A DNA stretch of 64,000 nucleotides from Candidatus Cryptobacteroides sp. (GTDB lineage: Bacteria; Bacteroidota; Bacteroidia; Bacteroidales; UBA932). A program made the position numbers and the translations under genes. Under the pieces are notes generated by a model, which was given only the letters and a program-made list of their open reading frames with translations, did no database searches and was not told where the DNA came from. The stretch spans positions 14,627 through 78,626 of the forward strand of contig JAZRVQ010000048.1 in assembly GCA_045599265.1 (NCBI GenBank), written 5' to 3'. Below are positions 28,925-37,269 of this stretch, in pieces; positions within the stretch are counted from its first letter, which is position 1, and every line of letters starts with the position of its first letter.

Positions 28925-29406
28925 TATTCTGCCTTCTTCTTCTCTTCCAGGACGACTTCCACATCCTTGGCCTCGAATGTGCCGTCATACCATCTTCCGT
29001 CACCTTTTTTGGTCTGCGTCAGAGTGACAGGGACCTCCTTGGACTCATATTCGCCGTTCGCGGCACCATCCACATCAATGAAATGGATATGAAGGGTATC
29101 CTGAGGGAATTCTGAATCGACAAGTTCGAATGCACCTTCAGAATCGGTATATACCTTATTGACCAAGGAATATCCCTCAACGTCCGGATAGTCATAATGC
29201 GACACTGCAATGCCCTGTATAGGCTTGCCGTCAGCATCGGTAACCTTGCCTGTAACGCGGTAATCCATTGATGGACACCCATATTCACAGGCTATTGGAA
29301 GCAAATGACAGGAAGTGACTCCGGCAAAGCCGAGTGCGGAAAGAAGCCATCCGCAGAATCTGGACCAGGTAAATCTGATTTTATCAGCCATAATCAAAAA
29401 AATCAA
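28924..29406 (-). CDS. Radical-SAM-associated putative lipoprotein
   Basis: 160 aa (alternative start at M6, 29391). Contains WSRFCGWLLSALGFAGVTSC, EYGCP and VTGKVTDADGKPIQGIAVS. Its TAA shares a base with the ATG of the rSAM gene (TAATG). Confidence 0.75.
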   Translation of the reverse strand: MIFLIMADKIRFTWSRFCGWLLSALGFAGVTSCHLLPIACEYGCPSMDYRVTGKVTDADGKPIQGIAVSHYDYPDVEGYSLVNKVYTDSEGAFELVDSEFPQDTLHIHFIDVDGAANGEYESKEVPVTLTQTKKGDGRWYDGTFEAKDVEVVLEEKKKAE

Positions 29407-29429
29407 TCGTTATAATAGATGCACAAACG

Positions 29430-30821
29430 TCACTGAACGTTGCACAGATATTCGTCAATCGCAGCGGCGGCCTTGCGTCCGGCACCCATTGCCAGAATGA
29501 CGGTTGCGGCGCCGGTCACTGCATCACCGCCGGCAAACACGCCCTTGCGGGTAGTCGTGCCCTGCTCGTCAGCCACCAGACAGCCGCGACGGTTGGTTTC
29601 CAGACCGCCTGTCGTGCGGGCAATAAGCGGGTTAGGAGATGTTCCGAGCGACATTATTACGGTGTCGGTCTCGATCTCGAATTCGGAGCCCGGCACAGGC
29701 ACGGGACTGCGGCGCCCGCTCTCATCGGACTCGCCAAGTTCCATGCGGATGCATTTGACAGCGCGGACCCAGCCCTTCTCGTCGGCAAGTATCTCGACAG
29801 GATTGGTGAGCATCGCGAATTTGACGCCCTCCTCATGGGCATGATGGACCTCCTCGGCACGTGCCGGCAGTTCCTTTTCGGTGCGGCGATACACAATCGT
29901 GGTGTCGGCACCGAGCCTGAGCGCCGTCCTGGCTGCATCCATCGCCACATTTCCGCCACCGACGACAACAGCCTTGCGGCCGGCATGTATAGGAGTAAGG
30001 TAATCCTCGCGGAAAGCCTTCATCAGATTGTTGCGGGTAAGGAATTCATTGGCAGAGAACACGCCGTTGCAGTTTTCGCCGGGAATGCCCATAAATTTAG
30101 GAAGACCGGCTCCGGAGCCGATGAAAACGGCCTCGAAACCTTCCTCATCCATCAGCGAGTCAATGGTCACGGTGCGGCCCACAACAACGTCAGTCTCTAT
30201 CTTTACACCGATTGCAGCGACATCCCCAATCTCTGCGGCGACCACCTTGTCCTTAGGGAGACGGAACTCCGGAATACCGTACTGAAGCACACCGCCTGCC
30301 TTGTGGAGAGCCTCGAAAATGGTGACGTCATAACCTTTCTTCGCCAGGTCGTATGCACATGCGAGACCGGCAGGGCCGGACCCTACCACGGCGACCTTGT
30401 GACCGTTCGGAGCGGTGGGACAAGGTGCGGCTGAGAGCTTGTTTTCACGGGCATAATCGGCCACGAAACGCTCCAGCTTGCCGATTGCGACCGGTTCGCC
30501 CTTGACTCCAAGGATACAGCTGCCCTCGCACTGGGTTTCCTGAGGACACACGCGTCCGCAGATGGCCGGCAGGGACGAATCTTCCGCTATCTTCGCCGCT
30601 GCTCCGGAAAAATCTCCGGCAGCCACCCTGGCTATGAACTCCGGTATCTTGACACTGACAGGGCATGCACCCATGCAGCGTGGATTCTTGCAATTGAGGC
30701 AGCGGGAGGCCTCCAGCCTGGCTTCTTCGACATTATAGCCATAACACACCTCTTCGAAATTGGTCGCCCTGACCTTTGGATCCTGTTCACGGACAGGCAC
30801 TCTCGGGATTCTGTTTGCCAT
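29430..30821 (-). CDS. NADPH-dependent glutamate synthase small-chain-like oxidoreductase (NfnB/SudA-type)
   Basis: 463 aa. N-terminal 2x[4Fe-4S]-type Cys motifs (CLNCKNPRCMGACP, CGRVCPQETQCEGSC) and two dinucleotide folds (VVGSGPAGLA, VVGGGNVAMD). Confidence 0.85.
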   Translation of the reverse strand: MANRIPRVPVREQDPKVRATNFEEVCYGYNVEEARLEASRCLNCKNPRCMGACPVSVKIPEFIARVAAGDFSGAAAKIAEDSSLPAICGRVCPQETQCEGSCILGVKGEPVAIGKLERFVADYARENKLSAAPCPTAPNGHKVAVVGSGPAGLACAYDLAKKGYDVTIFEALHKAGGVLQYGIPEFRLPKDKVVAAEIGDVAAIGVKIETDVVVGRTVTIDSLMDEEGFEAVFIGSGAGLPKFMGIPGENCNGVFSANEFLTRNNLMKAFREDYLTPIHAGRKAVVVGGGNVAMDAARTALRLGADTTIVYRRTEKELPARAEEVHHAHEEGVKFAMLTNPVEILADEKGWVRAVKCIRMELGESDESGRRSPVPVPGSEFEIETDTVIMSLGTSPNPLIARTTGGLETNRRGCLVADEQGTTTRKGVFAGGDAVTGAATVILAMGAGRKAAAAIDEYLCNVQ

Positions 30822-31681
30822 TATTTTCCCCTCCCTATTCTACATACGTGATGTTCATTTGCAGCGGCCTCTTCAGGCTTGTACATAGCCTGACGGCGCA
30901 TCGCCTCATCGAAATCCACAAGGGCTCCGTCAAATTCGGGTCCCTCCACGCAGGCGAAGCGTGTCTTGCCGCCCACAGTGACCCTGCAGGCTCCGCACAT
31001 TCCAGTGCCGTCCACCATCAGGGTATTGAGACTGACGATGATTGGAAGGCCGAGCTTCATTGCGGTCAAGGTGGAGAACTTCATCATGATCATAGGGCCG
31101 ATGGCGACAACCTGAGTGAATTGCTCTCCCTCGGCGACGAGTTTTTCGAGCATTGCCGTGCCGACTCCGTGGAATCCGGCCGAACCGTCATCCGTGCAGA
31201 TGTACAGGTTGTCGGCGACACTGCCAAGTTCCTCCGTGTAGATAAGAAGGTCCTTGTTGCGGGCCCCGACGATGACATCGACCTTGACGCCGTGCTCGTG
31301 CAGCCACTTCACCTGCGGATAGACAGGGGCTGTACCCACTCCTCCGGCAATGAAGACATAATGCTGTGCGGCAAGGGCTTCCGGGCTCATCCCGACAAAA
31401 TCTGACGGCACTCCGAGAGGTCCCACCACATCGGCGAATGCCTCACCGGGCTCGTATGAACAGATGTCTCTTGTCGATGCACCGATCATCTGGGTGACAA
31501 TGGTCACGGTACCCTTCGCGGCGTCGAAATCGCTGATTGTAAGCGGGATGCGCTCCCCCTTCTCGTCAGCCCTCACAATAAGGAACTGGCCGGGACGTGC
31601 AGCCCTGGCCAGACGGGGTGCCTCCACCTTCATCTTGCAGATGTTCGGTGTCAGCATTTCTTTTTCTACAATACGGAACAT
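30821..31681 (-). CDS. Sulfide/dihydroorotate dehydrogenase-like FAD/NAD-binding protein (NfnA/SudB-type)
   Basis: 286 aa. Ferredoxin-reductase-like fold (RIPLTISD, FIAGGVGTAP) plus a C-terminal [2Fe-2S] Cys motif (GTGMCGACRV...FACVEGP). TAATG overlap with the downstream partner gene. Confidence 0.85.
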   Translation of the reverse strand: MFRIVEKEMLTPNICKMKVEAPRLARAARPGQFLIVRADEKGERIPLTISDFDAAKGTVTIVTQMIGASTRDICSYEPGEAFADVVGPLGVPSDFVGMSPEALAAQHYVFIAGGVGTAPVYPQVKWLHEHGVKVDVIVGARNKDLLIYTEELGSVADNLYICTDDGSAGFHGVGTAMLEKLVAEGEQFTQVVAIGPMIMMKFSTLTAMKLGLPIIVSLNTLMVDGTGMCGACRVTVGGKTRFACVEGPEFDGALVDFDEAMRRQAMYKPEEAAANEHHVCRIGRGK

Positions 31682-31694
31682 ATTCAGTATTCAG

Positions 31695-32030
31695 TTATTT
31701 CACCTTCTCGGCAGTGTAGCCGAGCTTGCGGATTGCAGCGGCAAGTGTCTCCTCGCTGGTCTTGGATGCGTCGTAGGTCACCTTGATGGTCTTGTCCTCG
31801 ACTGACACCTCGAGAGCCTTCACGCCCTTCTCGAACGCGATGTTCTCCTCGACTTTCTTTGCGCAGTTCTTGCAGTGGATGCTGGACTTGAAAGTCACGG
31901 TCTTGAGTTCGGCCTTCGGCTTCTTTGCGACGGTCGAGACAGCGGTTTCACTTACTGCTGCAGCGGAAGCGGCTGCTGTGCCTGCAAATGCCATCATGGC
32001 GGCAAATGCAACAATGACGATTTTCTTCAT
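31695..32030 (-). CDS. Heavy-metal-associated (HMA) domain protein with a signal peptide
   Basis: MKKIVIVAFAAMMAFAGTAAA is followed by the ferredoxin-like HMA fold, with a CxxC motif (HCKNCAKKVE). Start at ATG 32030. Confidence 0.8.
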   Translation of the reverse strand: MKKIVIVAFAAMMAFAGTAAASAAAVSETAVSTVAKKPKAELKTVTFKSSIHCKNCAKKVEENIAFEKGVKALEVSVEDKTIKVTYDASKTSEETLAAAIRKLGYTAEKVK

Positions 32031-32051
32031 ATCAAGCAAAAATAATAATTA

Positions 32052-34154
32052 TTATTCAGTTTTCCAAAGGGTGAAGCGGACACCCGCATACACCTTGACC
32101 CCCATCAAAGGTCCCCATACACAGCTGGCATCGAAAGATGGCAGACTGGTGTCAGCGGCTCCGAGGATGACATTCTTCTGACGGAAATTGGTGAGGTTTT
32201 CACCGCCGGCATAGATGTCCACGCCCTTGAAGCGCTTTGTCACCTGCAGGTACAGCAAAGGATATACCGGAGTCTGACCGTTCCTGTAGAGAAGGTTGCC
32301 GTCTGAATCCTTCAGGTTCTCCATGAAATTATAGACGCGGCACGGACCGTTCACAGATGCGGTGAAGTCAAATATCCACTTGTTCAGATTAGTGGCATAC
32401 TGGAGGTTGAGAACGCCCTTGTAGCGGCTTGTCATCGGTTTTTCCACAAGTCCGGCATGGTCTGCAAGAGAAGTCCGGGCATTGGTGTAACGGCCTGTGA
32501 GGGTGATTGTGAACCGCTCCACAGGTTCGCAGGAGAAGTCGATCTGATAGCTGTCGGTGAAGGCGCGTCCTCCGGACAGGTCGGTCAGGTCATAGAACTC
32601 GATCGCGCCGGGGATATGTTCATAATCAACAATTTTCTGCTGGGTGAACTGGCTGCGGAAATAGTCCAGGCTGACATACGCATTCTCCGATGCACCAAGC
32701 TTGAAATAGTATGAGATGTTGCCTCCGAAAGTCCATGCATCTTCCAACGTGTGGTCGCTGAACGAGCCCACAAAATGCTTCGATGTAGAGAACACGCCTA
32801 TATTGTCGACGAGCGGTGTCGAGAAACGCAGTCCCCTGCCGGCATTGGCACGGAGCACGATGGCCTCTATCGGGGCATATTTGAGCGTTATGCGAGGCGA
32901 GAACTTGAATCCCTCACCCTTGTACCAGTCCCCACGGAGGCCGACAATACTTGAGAATTTCTCACCTGCGTGGAAAGTATATTCTCCGAACACACCGGCA
33001 TTGACAAGTATGGATGGAGCCTCGTACACGATTTGCTGGCCCGGCAGCACGCGGACAAGTTTTTCGCCATAAAGATCTGCCATACTGCTGAGCCCCAGCG
33101 TGAAATGGTGCGCATCCCACACCTGGTTCTGATAGAGCAGGTTGATGAATTCTGAATGCTGGGTGGCAAGGTAGCTCGTCGCACCGAAATATGACCGGGT
33201 GTTGTAATAATTGTAGTCCAGCACGGCAGCAATGTTCTGGCTGTTGTCCTCGTTCAGCGGCACTCCCACCTTGAGGTAGCCGTTCAACGAATTGTTGAGT
33301 ATGTCCGAGCCCCAGATTCCGCCGGGAGCGAATGTATCCTTGTCATATCCGGGATGGCCCATCCTGTCGGGATCCTGCTCTCCGCCGCGCCTGCCATCAC
33401 GAAGGGCGCGTACCCCGAAACGCACCTGAGTGCCGTCAGGGGCATAATACAGCCATCGGTTGGCCAGGTTGAACTGCAGCTGCATGGGGTCGTCAAGGAA
33501 GCCGTCACCGTTGGAATCCATGCTCACAAAATTGCCGCTCACATGACCCAGAAGCACGGTGCTCCAACAATCATTGAGCTGCAGCGACGAGGCGATGTTG
33601 AGGTCAGCCTTGGAGTCGCTCATCATGGATGCATTCACGAAAAGCGGTTTCTCGTCGGTAGGCTTGCGGTGCTCCATATTGATCTGGCCGGTCATGGACT
33701 CCACGCCGTTGATGACCGAAGTGACACCCTTTGCGATCTGTATGCTCTCAAGCCACTGGCCGGGAACATACGACAGGCCGAACGGAGAGGCAAGGCCCCT
33801 CATCACCGGACGGTTCTCGTCAAGCATCTGGGTATAGATGCCGCTCAGGCCCAGAAGGCGTATCTGCCTTGCCCCTGTGACGGCGTCCGAATATCCGACC
33901 GTGACGCTCGCCGAATTCTCGAAACTTTCGGCCAGGTTGCAGCACGCCATCTTGCACAGGCCGGCGGCCGTGATGGTCTCCACCCTGTTCTGGGTATATC
34001 TGGAAATGGTCCTGCCGGCCTGGCGTCCTGTGAACACGGTCGCCTTGAGACTGTCCTCGCGGTCCTTGTAAACACTTGCCGTGTCGATATCCTGCGCACT
34101 GGCCATGGCGCAGAACGACACACATAAAATTGTGGTGAATATTATCTTTTTCAT
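32052..34154 (-). CDS. TonB-dependent receptor
   Basis: 700 aa. Signal peptide, plug region (GLSGIYTQMLDENRP, IQIAKGVTSVINGVESMTGQIN), long barrel, and a C-terminal ...GVRFTLWKTE. Confidence 0.9.
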   Translation of the reverse strand: MKKIIFTTILCVSFCAMASAQDIDTASVYKDREDSLKATVFTGRQAGRTISRYTQNRVETITAAGLCKMACCNLAESFENSASVTVGYSDAVTGARQIRLLGLSGIYTQMLDENRPVMRGLASPFGLSYVPGQWLESIQIAKGVTSVINGVESMTGQINMEHRKPTDEKPLFVNASMMSDSKADLNIASSLQLNDCWSTVLLGHVSGNFVSMDSNGDGFLDDPMQLQFNLANRWLYYAPDGTQVRFGVRALRDGRRGGEQDPDRMGHPGYDKDTFAPGGIWGSDILNNSLNGYLKVGVPLNEDNSQNIAAVLDYNYYNTRSYFGATSYLATQHSEFINLLYQNQVWDAHHFTLGLSSMADLYGEKLVRVLPGQQIVYEAPSILVNAGVFGEYTFHAGEKFSSIVGLRGDWYKGEGFKFSPRITLKYAPIEAIVLRANAGRGLRFSTPLVDNIGVFSTSKHFVGSFSDHTLEDAWTFGGNISYYFKLGASENAYVSLDYFRSQFTQQKIVDYEHIPGAIEFYDLTDLSGGRAFTDSYQIDFSCEPVERFTITLTGRYTNARTSLADHAGLVEKPMTSRYKGVLNLQYATNLNKWIFDFTASVNGPCRVYNFMENLKDSDGNLLYRNGQTPVYPLLYLQVTKRFKGVDIYAGGENLTNFRQKNVILGAADTSLPSFDASCVWGPLMGVKVYAGVRFTLWKTE

Positions 34155-34225
34155 TTGAATCTTTCTGTCTGGTTATGTATATCGATGCACGGTCCCGCAA
34201 TGACACGGGGCCGGAATGCACAGAA

Positions 34226-34666
34226 TCAAATGACCAGGACGCAGAAAGAGGATAGGATGTCCGGCGGAACCGGCGGACGGGAATGGCATGTCCCGATAAA
34301 GGCAGGGGCGACATTGCGTGCAACCTCGCAGACCATAGGGATGGCAGGAATGGCCATCTGGACCTGAGGCACGTTGAAATGGTGAGTCTGTGAATAGTCA
34401 TCGTCACCGGTCAGGAAAAGCTGCACTGATTCGTTGTGGCAGCATCCGCCCTCATCGCTGCAGCTGTGCTCGTGATGGTGGCCGCAGCACTCGCAGGCAT
34501 GGTGATGCTCTCCGTGAACACTCTGGCAGTCAGTACCTTCGAAGAGAAATGTCACATAGGTGCGGCCTGTATGGGAGCAGGTATGCACGTTGAAACCGCA
34601 CACCGAAACGATGTACAGCGCCATCAGGAGGGCTGCAAAACATTCTATGATACGATTTCCTTTCAT
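34226..34666 (-). CDS. His/Cys-rich small membrane protein (resembles the HYC_CC_PP family)
   Basis: 146 aa. One N-terminal TM helix, then NVHTCSH, HGEHHHACECCGHHHEHSCSDEGGCCH and PPVPP. It is the first gene of the receptor/HMA operon. Confidence 0.6.
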   Translation of the reverse strand: MKGNRIIECFAALLMALYIVSVCGFNVHTCSHTGRTYVTFLFEGTDCQSVHGEHHHACECCGHHHEHSCSDEGGCCHNESVQLFLTGDDDYSQTHHFNVPQVQMAIPAIPMVCEVARNVAPAFIGTCHSRPPVPPDILSSFCVLVI

Positions 34667-34705
34667 GACGGATGCAAAATTAACAAATATTTGTGATTTA
34701 TTTTT

Positions 34706-34713
34706 TAAATTTG
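34706..34713 (+). promoter_or_regulatory. -7 promoter box (TAAATTTG)
   Basis: Matches TAnnTTTG, 26 nt upstream of the sppA ATG. Confidence 0.4.
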
Positions 34714-34739
34714 CACAAATAACGATTAGTCAATCCATT

Positions 34740-36524
34740 ATGAAAAGTTTCTGGAAGACCGTCCTTGCGGTCATTGTTGGTTCGATTTTCACAGCAATTA
34801 TAGGCTGGACGATAATGATGTTCTTCATCAGCATCATTTCCGCTATCGGAAGCGCTGCCGGTTCATCGTCTGTCCCGGCCAATGGCATTCTCAAGATAGA
34901 CATGGCGAAAATCATCCTGTCAGAGCAGAGCACCGAAGCTGACCCGGCAAGTGCGCTGAGCATGTTCAGCGGTGAGCAGGCCGCCACTCCTGTCGGACTT
35001 CTGGAGTCGGTCCGCGCCATCGAGAAAGCGGCCGAAGATCCCGGTGTCAAGTATATCTACCTTCTTCCTGACGGCGCACAGGGTGGTATGGCAGGTTTCG
35101 AAGAGTTCAGAAAGGCCCTCGTGAAGTTCCGCGAGAGCGGCAAGCCGGTCATCGCATTCACAGAGAACCCCGGCAATGCATCATACTACCTCGCATCCGC
35201 CGCCGACAAAATCTACATGAGTTCATATGCAGGCGGAATGAACACCCTGGTAGGACTTTCAAGCCAGATGTTCTTCCTCAAGGACATCCTTGACAAACTC
35301 GGAGTCAATGTCCAGCTGATCCGTCACGGCAAATACAAATCAGCCGGCGAGATGTACATCAAGAACGACATCAGCCCTGAGAACCGCCTTCAGTATGAGA
35401 CACTTATCGGCAGCATCTGGTCCAGCTGGAGCAAGACCATGGCCGAGGCCCGCGGCATCACCGCCGAGGAGTTCAACGGCATGATAGACAACCTCGAACT
35501 CAATTCGCCGGAAGATTTTCTCAACCACGGCCTCGTTGACAGTCTCTACACCAGACAGCAGCTCGAAGACCAGCTCTGTGCCCTTTACGGGACCGGCAAG
35601 ATCAGCAATGTCAAGGAGATTCCATTCAGCGACTATGTGGCATCCAACAGCGTAAGCACCTCAAAATCAAAGAAGAAGATTGCCATAATATATGCCGACG
35701 GTGAGATTGTTGACGGCAAGGCAAAGCAGGAAGTGGCAGGAGACCGCTTCGCATCGCTGATAGCAAAGGTCCGCAAGGACAGCACTGTCAAGGCTGTCGT
35801 GTTCCGCGTCAACTCCCCTGGCGGCAGCGTCGTGGCATCTGACAAGATCAAGACTGAGATTGACCTTATGCGTGAGTGCAAGCCTGTCATCGCATCCTAT
35901 GGTGACTATGCGGCATCGGGCGGATACTGGATATCGAACAGTTGCGACAAGATTTTCAGCGACGAGTCCACACTCACCGGTTCCATCGGCGTGTTCTCGA
36001 TGATTCCAGACCTCAGCAACACAGTCAAGGACCTGGCACATGTCAAGGTCGTCAACATCAACTCCAACAAGCACGGCGACATGTACTCGCTGATGAAGCC
36101 GCTCGACACCAGCGAGCTGGAATACATGCAGGCCTCTGTCGAGGACATCTATGACCGCTTCACCTCCATTGTGGCGGAAGGCCGCGACATGGACAAGGAT
36201 TTCGTGGACAGTATAGCACAGGGACGTGTGTGGGCCGGGAACGACGCCCTCGAGATCGGACTCGTGGACCAGATCGGCACACTCCAGGACGCGATTCTTT
36301 ATGCAGCGGAGATGACAGGTTCAGCTGATGACTACGCCACCGTAAGCTATCCGAAGCCTCAGACCACATGGGAGATGATCATCGAGTCCATTTCCGGCAC
36401 AAGCGAGGAGACCATATTCTCAGGCACGCCGTTTGAAGGTATTGCCAATGCCTTCAAGGACATCGAGGTGACCCAGGCCGGCAAGGCATACGCACGCCTG
36501 CCATACGGCATCACGATCAAATAG
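34740..36524 (+). CDS. sppA: Signal peptide peptidase SppA, 67K type
   Basis: Starts MKSFWKTVLAVIVGSIF (TM anchor). Two tandem ClpP/crotonase-like halves, with SYAASGGYW around the catalytic Ser. The track's longer N-terminus (from 34560) overlaps the divergent gene. Confidence 0.9.
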   Translation: MKSFWKTVLAVIVGSIFTAIIGWTIMMFFISIISAIGSAAGSSSVPANGILKIDMAKIILSEQSTEADPASALSMFSGEQAATPVGLLESVRAIEKAAEDPGVKYIYLLPDGAQGGMAGFEEFRKALVKFRESGKPVIAFTENPGNASYYLASAADKIYMSSYAGGMNTLVGLSSQMFFLKDILDKLGVNVQLIRHGKYKSAGEMYIKNDISPENRLQYETLIGSIWSSWSKTMAEARGITAEEFNGMIDNLELNSPEDFLNHGLVDSLYTRQQLEDQLCALYGTGKISNVKEIPFSDYVASNSVSTSKSKKKIAIIYADGEIVDGKAKQEVAGDRFASLIAKVRKDSTVKAVVFRVNSPGGSVVASDKIKTEIDLMRECKPVIASYGDYAASGGYWISNSCDKIFSDESTLTGSIGVFSMIPDLSNTVKDLAHVKVVNINSNKHGDMYSLMKPLDTSELEYMQASVEDIYDRFTSIVAEGRDMDKDFVDSIAQGRVWAGNDALEIGLVDQIGTLQDAILYAAEMTGSADDYATVSYPKPQTTWEMIIESISGTSEETIFSGTPFEGIANAFKDIEVTQAGKAYARLPYGITIK

Positions 36525-36543
36525 GGTTGCAAATATCAACAAT

Positions 36544-36774
36544 ATGAAAAAGAAAGGTTACAAAAGTCCGATTGATCCGGAATATCTGCTCAAGCAGAAA
36601 GCCTCACTTGTCCGCAAGCACAGACAGGTGATGTACTTCAACGACTTCGAGCTGGAGGCCATCAATGCCTACAGGGAGAAGTTCCATCCCCGCTCAAAGG
36701 CATCTCTCTACAGGGAGATCATCATGGACAAGGTCCTGTCGGAACTTGAAGTCAACCACCCAACACTCTTTTAA
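36544..36774 (+). CDS. Hypothetical small protein
   Basis: 76 aa, with coding-like composition. The C-terminal half (FELEAINAYREKF...SKASLYREIIMDKVL) is weakly ribbon-helix-helix-like. Confidence 0.45.
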   Translation: MKKKGYKSPIDPEYLLKQKASLVRKHRQVMYFNDFELEAINAYREKFHPRSKASLYREIIMDKVLSELEVNHPTLF

Positions 36775-36778
36775 ACAG

Positions 36779-37183
36779 ATGAAAATCATTACATTAATTG
36801 CTGCACTTATGTGTACTCTCAATGCAGCGGCCGCTCCCGAGGGAGAGCCGAAGGCCGCACAGGAACCTCAGCGCATAGAGAAAGTCGGCCAGGACTTCAA
36901 GATCGTCAAGAATGAAGTACGCGGCGGCGTGCGCTATGTCGTGGCAGAGGGCAATCCACGCGACACCAAGGTCTGCACCCAGAAAATGGAAATCGAAATC
37001 AAGGGTGACAGGATACAGAGCCTCAAATTCACCGGCGGATGCAACGGCAACCTCCAGGCCATCGGACGCCTTGTAAAAGGCATGAAGGTCAGTGATGTCA
37101 TTGCCACACTTGGCGGAGTCAACTGCGGCGGACGCGGGACATCCTGCACCGACCAGTTGACCAGAGTGCTGGAAAGGCTGTAA
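36779..37183 (+). CDS. TSCPD-domain protein (TIGR03905-like 4-Cys family) with an N-terminal signal-like extension
   Basis: FTGGCNGNLQAIGRLVKGMKVSDVIATLGGVNCGGRGTSCTDQL matches the family core from memory. Starts MKIITLIAALMCTLNAAAAP. Confidence 0.65.
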   Translation: MKIITLIAALMCTLNAAAAPEGEPKAAQEPQRIEKVGQDFKIVKNEVRGGVRYVVAEGNPRDTKVCTQKMEIEIKGDRIQSLKFTGGCNGNLQAIGRLVKGMKVSDVIATLGGVNCGGRGTSCTDQLTRVLERL

Positions 37184-37206
37184 TCTGCCCTCACAACATT
37201 AAAAAT

Positions 37207-37241
37207 GTCCGTCCGTGACTTTCACGGTCGGACGTTTTTTT
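37207..37241 (+). terminator. Rho-independent terminator
   Basis: GTCCGTCCGTG-ACTTT-CACGGTCGGAC (one mismatch) is followed by a run of T. Confidence 0.65.
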
Positions 37242-37242
37242 A

Positions 37243-37250
37243 TATTTTTG
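37243..37250 (+). promoter_or_regulatory. -7 promoter box (TATTTTTG)
   Basis: Matches TAnnTTTG, 19 nt upstream of the ATG at 37270. Confidence 0.4.
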
Positions 37251-37269
37251 CAGCCCCAAAATCCGAAGG

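Noticed and set aside
33354-34127. 257-aa plus-strand ORF
   Set aside because: It is antisense to the TonB-dependent receptor.
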